From an uncultured Bacteroidales bacterium (GTDB taxonomy: Bacteria > Bacteroidota > Bacteroidia > Bacteroidales > GCA-2711565), in NCBI GenBank assembly GCA_942491855.1, contig CALOCL010000041.1, positions 81,024 through 145,023 on the forward strand: 64,000 nucleotides of DNA, read 5' to 3'. The notes below the pieces were generated by a model. It was not told the DNA's origin. It did not search any database and saw only the letters and a program-made list of their open reading frames with translations. The translations under genes were made by a program, and so were the position numbers. Every line of letters begins with the position of its first letter. Position 1 is the stretch's first letter. Positions 42,020 through 52,161 of the stretch are shown here, in pieces.

Positions 42020-42892
42020 ATGAATCTGACAATTAATAATTTATCGAAGACTTATTCTAACGGCGTTCATGCTTTGAACAATGTTTCGCTAACCATTCCT
42101 AACGGACTATTCGGATTACTCGGGCCTAATGGAGCTGGCAAATCAACATTAATGAGAACCATAGCAACCCTTCAGGAAGCTGACAGTGGAAATATCATGA
42201 TGGATGATTTGAATGTGCTAGAAAACAAGCAAGAACTCAAGCAATCGCTAGGCTACCTGCCACAAGAATTTGGTTTTTATCCAAAAGATAGAGCAATTGA
42301 TTTGCTTGATCAGTTGAGTATGTTAAAAGGAATCAGTAATAAATCTGAACGCAAAGAGGTAGTTGAATACACTTTAAGGAAGGTAAATCTTTGGGATGCA
42401 CGTAAACAAAAAATTGGAACTTTCTCAGGTGGAATGAAACAACGTTTTGGCATCGCTCAAGCATTAATTGGAAATCCAAGATTATTAATTGTTGATGAAC
42501 CAACAGCAGGGCTAGACCCTAATGAAAGAAGACGATTTCATAATTTGCTGGCAGAAATAGGAACTGAAATTGTGATCATACTTTCTACTCACATTGTTGA
42601 TGATGTCAGCAATCTTTGCACAAATATGGCTATCATCAATAAGGGAAAAATTTTACTCCAAACCGATCCTTGTGAAATCATTAAAGAATTTGAAGGGAAA
42701 ATTTGGGAAATGGATATCACAGGTTTAGATGTAGCAATTATAGAAAAAGATTTTCATGTGGTTTCAACTCGTCTTTTTTCAGGAAAAAATATCGTTCGAA
42801 TATATAGTGAAACTAACCCCGGAGAAAACTATAAGCAAGCTGCTGCTATTCTTGAGGACGTCTATTTCTACACCCTGTCAACCCGATCTTAA
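42020..42892 (+). CDS. ABC transporter ATP-binding protein
   Basis: GPNGAGKST, FSGGMKQR, VDEPTAGLDP, STH. Confidence 0.95.
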   Translation: MNLTINNLSKTYSNGVHALNNVSLTIPNGLFGLLGPNGAGKSTLMRTIATLQEADSGNIMMDDLNVLENKQELKQSLGYLPQEFGFYPKDRAIDLLDQLSMLKGISNKSERKEVVEYTLRKVNLWDARKQKIGTFSGGMKQRFGIAQALIGNPRLLIVDEPTAGLDPNERRRFHNLLAEIGTEIVIILSTHIVDDVSNLCTNMAIINKGKILLQTDPCEIIKEFEGKIWEMDITGLDVAIIEKDFHVVSTRLFSGKNIVRIYSETNPGENYKQAAAILEDVYFYTLSTRS

Positions 42893-42912
42893 TCACCTAA
42901 AAAAAATAAATT

Positions 42913-45900
42913 ATGTTTTATCAAATATTTTTATTGGAATTAAAAAAGAATTTGAAAAGCCCAGCCTTTTCCATTTTCTTTTTATTAGTCTTTATTATTA
43001 CTTTCTTATTTACTGTAAATACTAATACAAGTATCCAGTTTGCAGGTATTTCCCATGGAAAAGAATGGCATAATGCGCCCATCATTATGGCGCAAATGCT
43101 AAACATTATGAGTGTACTTGGAATCCTCTTCACGATGGTTTTGATTGGAAGATCAGTTGTGAAAGATTTTGAGAATAATATTCATGAACTTATTTTTACA
43201 CGCCCAATCGGAAAGACCCAATATCTAGGTGGTAGGTTTTTTGGTAGTTTTATAGCCAATACCCTCATGTTTTTGGGAATTATTTTAGGCTTTGAAATTG
43301 GAATATTATTCATTGAAGATGTACGTTCAGGTCCCTACCAGTTTGGATCTTACCTATTACCATTATCATCGTTTGTGATTCCTAATCTTCTTTTAATTGG
43401 ATCAGCTTTATTTGCTTTGTCTACGCTTAGTCGTAAAATGACATCAACCTATATCGCATCCATTGCCTTTTTAGTTGTTTACACAAGCCTTACAGTCATT
43501 TTCTATCGGGTAGATAATGTGACACTAAAGGTGCTTGTAGATCCCTTTGGAATTACAGCCTTAAGATCATACACACAATATTGGACGGTTTCGGATATGA
43601 ATACCTCTCTAATTCCAATTAATCCTATATTTTTATTTAATAGAATAATTTGGTTGAGCGTGAGCTTTGCCATTCTTATGTTTACTTATCATAAATTCAA
43701 GCTTACTGCTTTTTTAGAAAGCAAAAAGAAGGAATTTAAAGTGGTTTCAGACAATACTCAACTTGTCGATTATAAAATGAAAGCACCCACGTTTAGCTTC
43801 AATAAAAATAAGCTATTCAGTTTCTCACAATGCTTAACTATTTCTTGGCGTGAATTTAAAAAAATAGTTTTTCATCCAGCATTTATCATTCTAACCGTGA
43901 TAGCCATGTTCCAAATATCAATTAATTTCATGGGATCTCTTGGAAACCAAAGTGGTTCAATATATCCCTTTACATCTTGGTTTATTGAGCAAACTATTCA
44001 TCTTTGGATTTATATGCTTCCGATAACCATCTTTTTTGGTGGCATGCTTGTTTGGAAGGAGAAAGACCATCGAACCGATGAAATTATAAATACCCTGCCT
44101 ATACCCAATTGGTTCAGTTATGCCAATAAGTTAATGACACTAAGCGGAATTTATATTTTATATCTCAGTTTGACAATTATTGTTGGTGTTTCAACCCAGT
44201 ATTTTGTTCTTGATTTTGCTGATGTTGAATTAGGATTATTTATAAAAAGGCTATTTGGAATTGATTTCTTCATTTTCCTTCACATGGCAATTGTTGTTTT
44301 ATTTATACAAAATTTAAGTCCTAATAAGTTTGTAGGATTTTTCTTCTCTGCCTTATTTTTTGTAATTGACTTGGTTGTTTTTGATGTATTACGATTTGAT
44401 AATATTTTATTTCGCTATGGACGTGTGCCGAATTTCATTTATTCAAATATGAATGGGTTCGGGCACTATGCGCAAAGTATTCTTTGGTACACCATTTATT
44501 GGGCATTTTTCGGGGCAATTATTGCATGGTTGACAATCTTGCTATGGAGACGAGGAAATGAAAATTCTGTTTTTGTTAGATTCAAATATGTCAGAAAATC
44601 AATAACAAAAAATCAGATTATTGGAATTCTTATTTTATTTATCATGTTTGCAACCACAGCATCATTTATTGGCTACAATAAATATGTTCTTAATCCATAT
44701 ATCTCTGAAAATGCGCATAGAGAAATGGCAGCAAACTATGAGAAGAAATTTTCGCAATATTCCAATGCTATTCGACCTACAATTCTGGATATAAATTTAA
44801 AAGTCGAGTTATTGCCTGAAGAGAGAACAGCTCATATTGAAGGAGTATACACGCTTCACAATCATAATAATCAACCAATAAATGAAATTTACGTTAATCT
44901 AAATGATTGGAATTTGAGCAATCTGAAGGCCATTAATTTAGACAGATCATTCATTAAAAAATCGCATTCAAAAGAGTTTGGGTTTAGAATCTTAGAACTA
45001 CAACAAGCTTTAAAACCTGGTGATACTATAAATATGAGTTTTGAGTACGACATTATAGCTCATGGTTTTACAGAAAATCTACCTAAAAATGATATCGTTG
45101 AAAATGGAACCTGTTTAATGCTAACCAGTTATGCCTCAGATTATTTTCCGATACTTGGTTATAATGTTAATAATGAATTAGTGGGTGGCAAACGCCGAAG
45201 CAAATTCGGCTTACCTAAAAAAGCTGATTCTCCAAAACTAGCAAATGCCAAGAGTACGAAGGCTATACTAGATATTAGTCGTGTAAATTATGAGGCAGTA
45301 ATTAGCACTTCTTTAGATCAAACAGTCATATCTGTTGGAGGTTTGGTTGCTAAGTGGGAAGAGAATAATAGAAACTATTTTCATTTTAAAACCAATACCA
45401 ATGTAGTGAATGAAATTGTGATCCTTTCGGGAAGATATGAAGTTGCCAAAGAAATTTACAAAGGAATTAATGTCGAAGTTTATTATCACCCCAAGCATAA
45501 CTTCAACACCCAAAGTATAATGGATGGTTTAAAAGATTCATATGACTATGGCAATGAGTATTTTGGTCAATATCCTTACAATGATTTAAGAGTAGTTGAA
45601 GTTCCTGCTTATTTGACCGATGGAGTTGCCAGACATTTCCCAACAACATTCATTTGGACAGAATCAGAAGGGTTTATTACAAGATACGATGAAGGTGATA
45701 TTGATATAGTTTATGGAATTGCTGCACATGAAAACGCACATCATTATTGGGCAAATTTTGTTACTCCTGCTTTTGCCGAGGGTGCCTTTATGCTTACCGA
45801 AACCGTGTGCCAATATGTGATGGCTATGTTAATCGAACATAAATTCGGGAAAGACATTGGACGAGATTATGTTAAACGTGATATGAATTCATATTTACGA

Positions 45901-46548
45901 GGGCGCAGCAGAGACAATGGAGGTGAAAATTCATTGATAGAGTCTTCTGATCGTCAATCGTATTTGGGTTATAAAAAAAGCACCAGTATAATGTACGCTT
46001 TGCAAGATTATATAGGCGAGGATAAAGTAGGGGAGGCACTTGGTAAAATCGTTGAGAAATATGGTTTTAGGATAGATACTTTTGCACTAGCCTCAGATTT
46101 AATCGATGAGTTTTACAAAGTATGTCCGGATAGCATGAAATATTTAGTCACTGATCTATTCACAAAAATCACACTCTACGAAAACAAAATAAATACAGCT
46201 TCGTATGTGCTTAAAGAGGATGGAAAATACCTCATTAATCTTGAGGTAGAAACGTTTAAATTCTACGCCGACAGTATCGGAAATCAAATTGAAGCGCCCA
46301 TAAACGATTATATTTATGTTGCTTTGCTTGATGAAGAAGGAGAGGCCTTCTATTATGAGAAACATAAGTTTACTCAAAACATCACAAATATTCAACTCAT
46401 AACAGAACAATTACCAGGAAAAGCTGGAATAGATCCATATTTGCTTTTAATCGATCGGAAGATGGATGATAATATTCGGGAGCTTAAGAAAGAAGATGAT
46501 TCAATGTATTCATCATTAAAAAAATTAACAGCTCATGTAGTTAAATAA
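42913..46548 (+). CDS. ABC-2-type permease fused to a C-terminal M1-family metallopeptidase domain
   Basis: Two blocks of TM helices, then AHENAHHYW...LTE (HExxH plus distal Glu) and YKKS..MYAL; 1211 aa. Confidence 0.88.
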   Translation: MFYQIFLLELKKNLKSPAFSIFFLLVFIITFLFTVNTNTSIQFAGISHGKEWHNAPIIMAQMLNIMSVLGILFTMVLIGRSVVKDFENNIHELIFTRPIGKTQYLGGRFFGSFIANTLMFLGIILGFEIGILFIEDVRSGPYQFGSYLLPLSSFVIPNLLLIGSALFALSTLSRKMTSTYIASIAFLVVYTSLTVIFYRVDNVTLKVLVDPFGITALRSYTQYWTVSDMNTSLIPINPIFLFNRIIWLSVSFAILMFTYHKFKLTAFLESKKKEFKVVSDNTQLVDYKMKAPTFSFNKNKLFSFSQCLTISWREFKKIVFHPAFIILTVIAMFQISINFMGSLGNQSGSIYPFTSWFIEQTIHLWIYMLPITIFFGGMLVWKEKDHRTDEIINTLPIPNWFSYANKLMTLSGIYILYLSLTIIVGVSTQYFVLDFADVELGLFIKRLFGIDFFIFLHMAIVVLFIQNLSPNKFVGFFFSALFFVIDLVVFDVLRFDNILFRYGRVPNFIYSNMNGFGHYAQSILWYTIYWAFFGAIIAWLTILLWRRGNENSVFVRFKYVRKSITKNQIIGILILFIMFATTASFIGYNKYVLNPYISENAHREMAANYEKKFSQYSNAIRPTILDINLKVELLPEERTAHIEGVYTLHNHNNQPINEIYVNLNDWNLSNLKAINLDRSFIKKSHSKEFGFRILELQQALKPGDTINMSFEYDIIAHGFTENLPKNDIVENGTCLMLTSYASDYFPILGYNVNNELVGGKRRSKFGLPKKADSPKLANAKSTKAILDISRVNYEAVISTSLDQTVISVGGLVAKWEENNRNYFHFKTNTNVVNEIVILSGRYEVAKEIYKGINVEVYYHPKHNFNTQSIMDGLKDSYDYGNEYFGQYPYNDLRVVEVPAYLTDGVARHFPTTFIWTESEGFITRYDEGDIDIVYGIAAHENAHHYWANFVTPAFAEGAFMLTETVCQYVMAMLIEHKFGKDIGRDYVKRDMNSYLRGRSRDNGGENSLIESSDRQSYLGYKKSTSIMYALQDYIGEDKVGEALGKIVEKYGFRIDTFALASDLIDEFYKVCPDSMKYLVTDLFTKITLYENKINTASYVLKEDGKYLINLEVETFKFYADSIGNQIEAPINDYIYVALLDEEGEAFYYEKHKFTQNITNIQLITEQLPGKAGIDPYLLLIDRKMDDNIRELKKEDDSMYSSLKKLTAHVVK

Positions 46549-46637
46549 AAATGCATTTCAAATTTCTCTCACAGTAGGGGATTTTTGAATGTACATATTT
46601 GCTTCTTATTCCTATCTTTGCACGATATTTATACTTT

Positions 46638-47876
46638 ATGAAATTTGAACAGTATCGTATTGCCGAAGGAATAAAAACCAGTATTTCAAAATTAGGTTAT
46701 AAAAAACCGACCGATATTCAGTATAAATCTATTCCTCCTATTTTAAGAGGAGAAGATGTTTTAGCCATTGCTCAAACAGGTACTGGTAAAACGGCGGCAT
46801 TTGCCATTCCCATTTTACATGTTTTACAAGAACGTAAAGTTCAAAACCGACCAGATGGTGTAAAGTGTTTGGTAATGGCACCTACCCATGAATTAGCTAT
46901 TCAAATTGAAAGTGTTTTTTATGATTTAGGTCGGCATACCCGTGTCACTTCTTTTTGTATTCATGGTGGAGTTGATCAGGAACCACAGATTGAACAACTG
47001 AATAAGGGTGTTGATGTTTTAATTGCCACCCCCGGTAGAATGTTTGATTTGGTAAGTCAAGGCGCACTAGATTTAAAACGGGTTGAAATTCTAGTGTTGG
47101 ATGAGGCAGATCACATGTTGGATCTGGGGTTTATTAAAGATATTCGGGATCTCATGCGCCATTTACCACGCAAACGTCAAACCCTCTTCTTTTCGGCAAC
47201 CATAAATGAAAAGATTAAAGATCTGGCTTATTCTTTGGTTAAGGATGCAATTCGTATTCAAATTTCACCTAAGGACCCGGTAGCCAAAAACATTGAACAT
47301 GCGGTTGCCTTTGTCGAAATGGACGATAAACGTTTTTTTCTGGAAGATTTTATCAAGAATAATTTAGAGAAGAAGATTTTAGTTTTTGTGCGTACCAAGG
47401 TTAGAGTCGAAAGAGTAAAAAAAGCAATGGAACGGGTAAAGCTCATGACCAATACCATTCACAGTGATATTGCTCATGAAGAACGTGAGCAAACCATGCA
47501 AGCATTCAGAGAGGGAGAATTAAAGGTTTTAATTGCTACAGATGTAAGTGCCAGAGGGATTGACATCCCTAATGTAGAATTTGTGATCAATTATGATTTA
47601 CCCGATACAGCAGAAAATTATGTGCATAGGGTAGGGCGCACCGGTCGTGGCAGCCAGAAGGGAAAAGCAGTCTCCTTTTGTAGTACAGAAGAAAGACCCC
47701 TGCTGGAAGAAATTGAAAAAAATCTGGGCAAACCCATTCATCGGATAGAGATTTCTAAAAGCGATTACCAAATCACGCTGGATTTTTCGGAAGAAGTACC
47801 TCGTGATTGGAGAGCATTGATGGAAGAAGCTGAAGGTTTTGAAAAGAAGAAAAAAAAGAAAAAGTTTAAAAAATAA
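46638..47876 (+). CDS. DEAD-box RNA helicase (RhlE-like)
   Basis: AQTGTGKT, PTHELA, TPGR, LDEAD, FSAT, ARGIDI, HRVGRTGR; Lys-rich tail; promoter TATCTTTG near 46613. Confidence 0.95.
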   Translation: MKFEQYRIAEGIKTSISKLGYKKPTDIQYKSIPPILRGEDVLAIAQTGTGKTAAFAIPILHVLQERKVQNRPDGVKCLVMAPTHELAIQIESVFYDLGRHTRVTSFCIHGGVDQEPQIEQLNKGVDVLIATPGRMFDLVSQGALDLKRVEILVLDEADHMLDLGFIKDIRDLMRHLPRKRQTLFFSATINEKIKDLAYSLVKDAIRIQISPKDPVAKNIEHAVAFVEMDDKRFFLEDFIKNNLEKKILVFVRTKVRVERVKKAMERVKLMTNTIHSDIAHEEREQTMQAFREGELKVLIATDVSARGIDIPNVEFVINYDLPDTAENYVHRVGRTGRGSQKGKAVSFCSTEERPLLEEIEKNLGKPIHRIEISKSDYQITLDFSEEVPRDWRALMEEAEGFEKKKKKKKFKK

Positions 47877-48860
47877 AATTTTTGTATTTCTGAGCTAGCT
47901 CAAGTAAAACCAGCATCGATACATTGTTGCCCGAACAAACAGCAACTGTATGCGGTCCAAAAATAGTTAATTTTTTATTCAGAAATGTTGCAATGGTGTT
48001 GCTGCGCCTCCACCTTCCAGTACCAATTTTTCTTTTAGTAATGCATAGGCCATGGCTTTTTCGATTTCATCTTCCGAAATCAACAAAGTTTCATCCACAA
48101 ATTTTTGACACATTTTAAAAGTATACTTATTGTTCGGAGAAATTGAACCAGTCAGTGCATCTGCCAGACTTTCAAATTCTCCAACTTGTACTATTCTTCC
48201 GGCTCTTAAGCTTTTGTACATGGCTGGTTCTGTGTCGTTAGTAACACCTATCATTTTTATCTTAGGATTAATGGCTTTAGCCGTTAGTGCCATTCCGCTC
48301 ATTAATCCGCCACCACTTAAAGGGACAATCATGGTGTCAGTCTCCGGCTGCTTTTCAAGTATTTCTAAAGCAACAGTACCTTGTCCAGCTATAACTTCCG
48401 GGTCATCAAAGGCAGAAACAAAACACAAACCTTCTTCTTGCTCCATTTTAAATGCATGTTCGGTGGCTTCATCCTGATTTTTTCCAATGATGATCACTTC
48501 GGCACCCAATGCTTTCATCGCCTCAATTTTAACTTTAGGAACTAATTCAGAAATACAAATAACAGCCCTTATCCCCAGTTTATTCCCCAAGTAAGCAATG
48601 GCCTTTCCATGATTTCCGGTTGATACTGTTACTACTCCACGTTTCTTCTGCTTTTCGCTTAAACATAAAATTGCGTTTGCTGCACCTCGAATTTTAAAGG
48701 CCCCGGTAGGCTGCAGATTTTCCAGTTTCAAAGAAATATTTTTGTTCCATTTAGCTGAAAGAATGGAAGATTGTATTAGAGGTGTTCTGTTTATCAGAGG
48801 CTCAATCCTTTCTCTGGCCTGGTAAACTTTATCGAGGTTAATGTCTTTAAAATGGGTCAT
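47866..48860 (-). pseudogene. PLP-dependent threonine/serine dehydratase family protein (EutB-like), frameshifted near the C-terminus
   Basis: KLENLQPTGAFKIRGA, STGNHG, GQGT, PLSGGGL. The frame ends at ATPLQHF*, but a shift near 47997 continues IATFLN...VAVCSGNNV...KNFIF* to 47866. Confidence 0.8.
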
Positions 48861-48918
48861 TATTTTACATCAAGTAAACATTAAGATAAAATGGTCATAA
48901 TATCATCTAATCTGTTTG

Positions 48919-50040
48919 TTACAAATTATACTTATCCTTTAGAGCCTCTCTGATCCGTTCCAAACCATTTAAAATATATTCTTTTCTTTCTCCTATTCCA
49001 ATTCTAAAATAGTGATCCATTCCATAACAATCTCCTGCTAAAATGAAAACACTCTTCTCTTTTCGAAGCCATTCTGCCAATTCAGTGGAATTTATGTCCA
49101 GGTTATACTTGATGAATAACATACCTCCGGCTTTTGGTGCTACATACTCAAACAAATTACCATAGTGATCGAGCCATTGCTTAACCGCCACTAAATTCTC
49201 ATTTAACATCTTTCTGTTTCGTGCTAAGATCTCCTGACGTTTTGCAGGCCTTAAAGCAATCTCAGCGATATAATTACTCATGATTCCCGCCGTAATGGTG
49301 GTGTAATCGTGATAGGCCCATGTATCTGCAATTAAATCATGAGGGCCAACCAACCAACCTAAACGAAGGCCGGGTAGGGCATAGGCCTTCGAAAGTCCAC
49401 CATTCACCATTACCTTTTCATAGGTTCCATAAAAACTTTCAATCGTTTTGCCGTTTAGTTCAGCTCCGCGATACACTTCATCGGCATAAATCCATGCATC
49501 CACACTCTTTGCAATTGCAATGATTTCTTGCATCTCTGCGGAAGTTAAGGTGTATCCGGTAGGATTGTTTGGATTGCAAATGGCGATCATTTTTGTTTTT
49601 GGCGTCACCAAAGATTTTAATTCTTCCAAATTTGGAGCCCAATTATTAGCTTCAATTAAATGCCATGCCTTAGGAATGCAACCCATCTCTTCGGCAATGC
49701 CCCACATTTGCATGTAATTAGGAACCATCATCACCATTTCATCACCTTTTTCTAAAAGCGTATGGCAAGCGATAAAATTGGCTTCGGCAGATCCATTGGT
49801 TACCAACACATTGTTTTCATCAGCCTGATGGTATAAATCTCCAATTCGTTTTCGCAAAGGAATGGAACCATTGGTTTGCCCATATCCAAGGTAAAGGTTA
49901 TTCAATTCTTCAATTTCCTTTTTGTTCAGCAATTCATTTAGGGTATAGGGATGAAAACCACTTTCGGTTAAGTTAAAATCAACCGTATTTTCATAAATTG
50001 ATTGAACCCTCTCGAGTTCAAAAATTGGAATGTTCAACAT
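48919..50040 (-). CDS. class I/II PLP-dependent aminotransferase-family protein
   Basis: TNGSAEAN, NPNNPTG, DEVYRG, LSKAYALPGLRLGW. Confidence 0.9.
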   Translation of the reverse strand: MLNIPIFELERVQSIYENTVDFNLTESGFHPYTLNELLNKKEIEELNNLYLGYGQTNGSIPLRKRIGDLYHQADENNVLVTNGSAEANFIACHTLLEKGDEMVMMVPNYMQMWGIAEEMGCIPKAWHLIEANNWAPNLEELKSLVTPKTKMIAICNPNNPTGYTLTSAEMQEIIAIAKSVDAWIYADEVYRGAELNGKTIESFYGTYEKVMVNGGLSKAYALPGLRLGWLVGPHDLIADTWAYHDYTTITAGIMSNYIAEIALRPAKRQEILARNRKMLNENLVAVKQWLDHYGNLFEYVAPKAGGMLFIKYNLDINSTELAEWLRKEKSVFILAGDCYGMDHYFRIGIGERKEYILNGLERIREALKDKYNL

Positions 50041-50053
50041 AATATTTTTGTGT

Positions 50054-51016
50054 TTACTTGTTTTTAATTTTATTTAAATACTTTAGGTATATGGCCTTAG
50101 CAATCATGATGTCCTGCACTGCAACGCCTGTTAAATCAACCACACTCATTTGCTTCTCATTTGTTCGCTGCAATGTTTTGTTTTGAATTGCATTTCCCAA
50201 TTCAGTTATTTTATTCTTATCAAAATTTGGATTTTTTCGGGCTTGAAAAACTTCACCTCTTGTTTTACTCTGACTAATGCTGTCAGAAATTACCAAATCC
50301 GCCTTCATTAAAATTTCAGCAGAGAGTTCTTGTTTTTCAGAAGTATCAGATCCAACAGCCGTGATGTGTGTTCCGGAAAGAATATCCTCGGCCTGTAGCA
50401 ATGGAGTTTCGGATGGGGTAGAAGTAACGATTAAATTGCAGTGCTGTGCAACTTTTGTCGGGCTGTTAGCAATGTTGATATTGAAAGTAAATCCTAATTC
50501 CTTTTTATACTTTTTTGCTTCTTCCGGATTCCGGTCCCAAATCCATACTTCATGACAAGGATTGTATTTTTGAAGATATTGAAGTTGCAATCTTCCTTGA
50601 ATCCCGGTTCCAATGATTCCGATCGCTTTAATTTTTTTTGGCGCAAAATATTTTGCTGAAAGAGCCCCAGCTGCAGCTGTTCTTAGATTGGTAAGGTTTC
50701 CTCCATCCAATAAAATAGAAACAGGTGCTCCGGTTTTCTGGTTAAATAAAAGCATTAATCCCTGACTGGATGAAATGCCCAGTTTGGTGTTTTCGTAAAA
50801 ACCGGAGGCTATTTTTATACAGTAAAAATCATCCCCTTTAATGTAGCCGTATTTAATGTGGGTTTCACCTTTGGGATTGTCGAAAAGTAACTCACCAACA
50901 GGTGGAACCACAGCATTTCCATTACTGTAAGCAATAAAAGCTTCTTCCATGGCTGAAACAACATCAAGGTCTTTAACCAAGGATAAAATTTCTTTTTCGT
51001 TAATAATTGTTAGCAT
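50054..51016 (-). CDS. ornithine cyclodeaminase / mu-crystallin family protein
   Basis: HIKYG, KIASGF, RTAAAGA, IGTGIQG, TAVGSD, DLTG.AVQD. Confidence 0.9.
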   Translation of the reverse strand: MLTIINEKEILSLVKDLDVVSAMEEAFIAYSNGNAVVPPVGELLFDNPKGETHIKYGYIKGDDFYCIKIASGFYENTKLGISSSQGLMLLFNQKTGAPVSILLDGGNLTNLRTAAAGALSAKYFAPKKIKAIGIIGTGIQGRLQLQYLQKYNPCHEVWIWDRNPEEAKKYKKELGFTFNINIANSPTKVAQHCNLIVTSTPSETPLLQAEDILSGTHITAVGSDTSEKQELSAEILMKADLVISDSISQSKTRGEVFQARKNPNFDKNKITELGNAIQNKTLQRTNEKQMSVVDLTGVAVQDIMIAKAIYLKYLNKIKNK

Positions 51017-51049
51017 CGCTTTCTATTTTAAACTTGGGATATAAAGCAA

Positions 51050-51104
51050 AACCTCCCTATACCGCCAAAACGCTTTTGTTTTAAGGTATACGGAGGTTCC
51101 GTAC
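51050..51104 (-). promoter_or_regulatory. mutually exclusive hairpins in the roughly 165-nt 5' leader of the cyclodeaminase operon
   Basis: 14-bp near-perfect stem (51050-51063 with 51085-51098) competes with TACGGA-NNN-TCCGTA (51089-51103). A minus-strand TATATTTG lies at 51186-51193. Confidence 0.45.
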
Positions 51105-51259
51105 GAAAATCGTTCATTTTCTCAATGTCTTCCTTAAGATAAAAAATGAGCGAGTAAGCCTGGCTTACACAATTTCTTCTGAAGGCAAATATAAAAAATA
51201 ATTTATATACTTGTACCATTACTGAAAAACCAAGCTTATTAACTACTCTTAAAAACTAG

Positions 51260-51895
51260 ATGATGAACAATTTTATAGCGATACTAATTTTATTACCAGT
51301 AATTTTAACTACAGAAGCAAAAGATACATCAAATCAGCCTATTGCCATTCAAAAATATGAAGTTAAATCCGACACTGCTGTACTTGGTGCCGGATGCTTT
51401 TGGTGTGTTGAAGCGGTATTTCAGGCATTAAAAGGAGTCATTAAAGTTACACCAGGTTATTCGGGTGGAAGTATTAAAAATCCAAGTTACAGCGAAGTGT
51501 CAACTGGAAATACCGGACATGCTGAAGTGGCTCAGGTCGTTTTCAATCCGGATATCATCTCATTTGAGTTTTTACTTTCAGTGTTTTTTCAAACCCATGA
51601 TCCCACAACTTTGAATTACCAGGGAGCTGATCGTGGTACCGAATATCGATCAGCAATTTTTTATACGTCTGAAGAGCAAAAAATGATCTCAGAAAAGATT
51701 ATTGCCGAATTAGATAAACAACAGGCATTTCCTGATCCGATTGTTACTGAAATTACAAAATTTGATGCATTTTATGTAGCAGAGGATTATCACATTAATT
51801 ATTATTTGAGGAATAAAGATCAGGCCTATTGCAAAATTGTGATTCAACCTAAATTGGATAAATTTAAAAAAGTGTTTAAGGAATACCTAAAGTAA
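51260..51895 (+). CDS. msrA: peptide-methionine (S)-sulfoxide reductase with N-terminal signal peptide
   Basis: GAGCFWCVEA, GHAE, HDPT...QGADRGTEYRSAIF, AEDYH..Y, YC. Confidence 0.95.
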   Translation: MMNNFIAILILLPVILTTEAKDTSNQPIAIQKYEVKSDTAVLGAGCFWCVEAVFQALKGVIKVTPGYSGGSIKNPSYSEVSTGNTGHAEVAQVVFNPDIISFEFLLSVFFQTHDPTTLNYQGADRGTEYRSAIFYTSEEQKMISEKIIAELDKQQAFPDPIVTEITKFDAFYVAEDYHINYYLRNKDQAYCKIVIQPKLDKFKKVFKEYLK

Positions 51896-52161
51896 TGGAA
51901 CCCGAAGTGGTACAAACATAACTAACGGTTGCTACGATTACGATACTGAAATTCATTTAAAAATATTCGCATATACCTTAACATAAAATCGGTATCGATT
52001 TCTAACAAGAAGATTGTACAAAATCTGATTTTATTTTAAATACTGGTATTTCAGAATTTGTTAATTGTTGTCCTATAATTAATATTATGTTAAATACAAT
52101 TGTTAAATAAATAGGGAGAATAATTTTGAACATCCTCCCTATTAGTAAACTATATTAATTT

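Noticed and set aside
51028-51219. 63-aa ORF as a protein-coding gene
   Set aside because: It spans the predicted promoter and structured leader; only the internal 29-codon uORF is retained, as a possible regulatory element.
51900-51960. attC-like or cassette-type repeat after msrA (ACTAACGGTTG)
   Set aside because: Only a short TAAC seed, no matching GTTA arm or extended dyad, and a single copy in the window.
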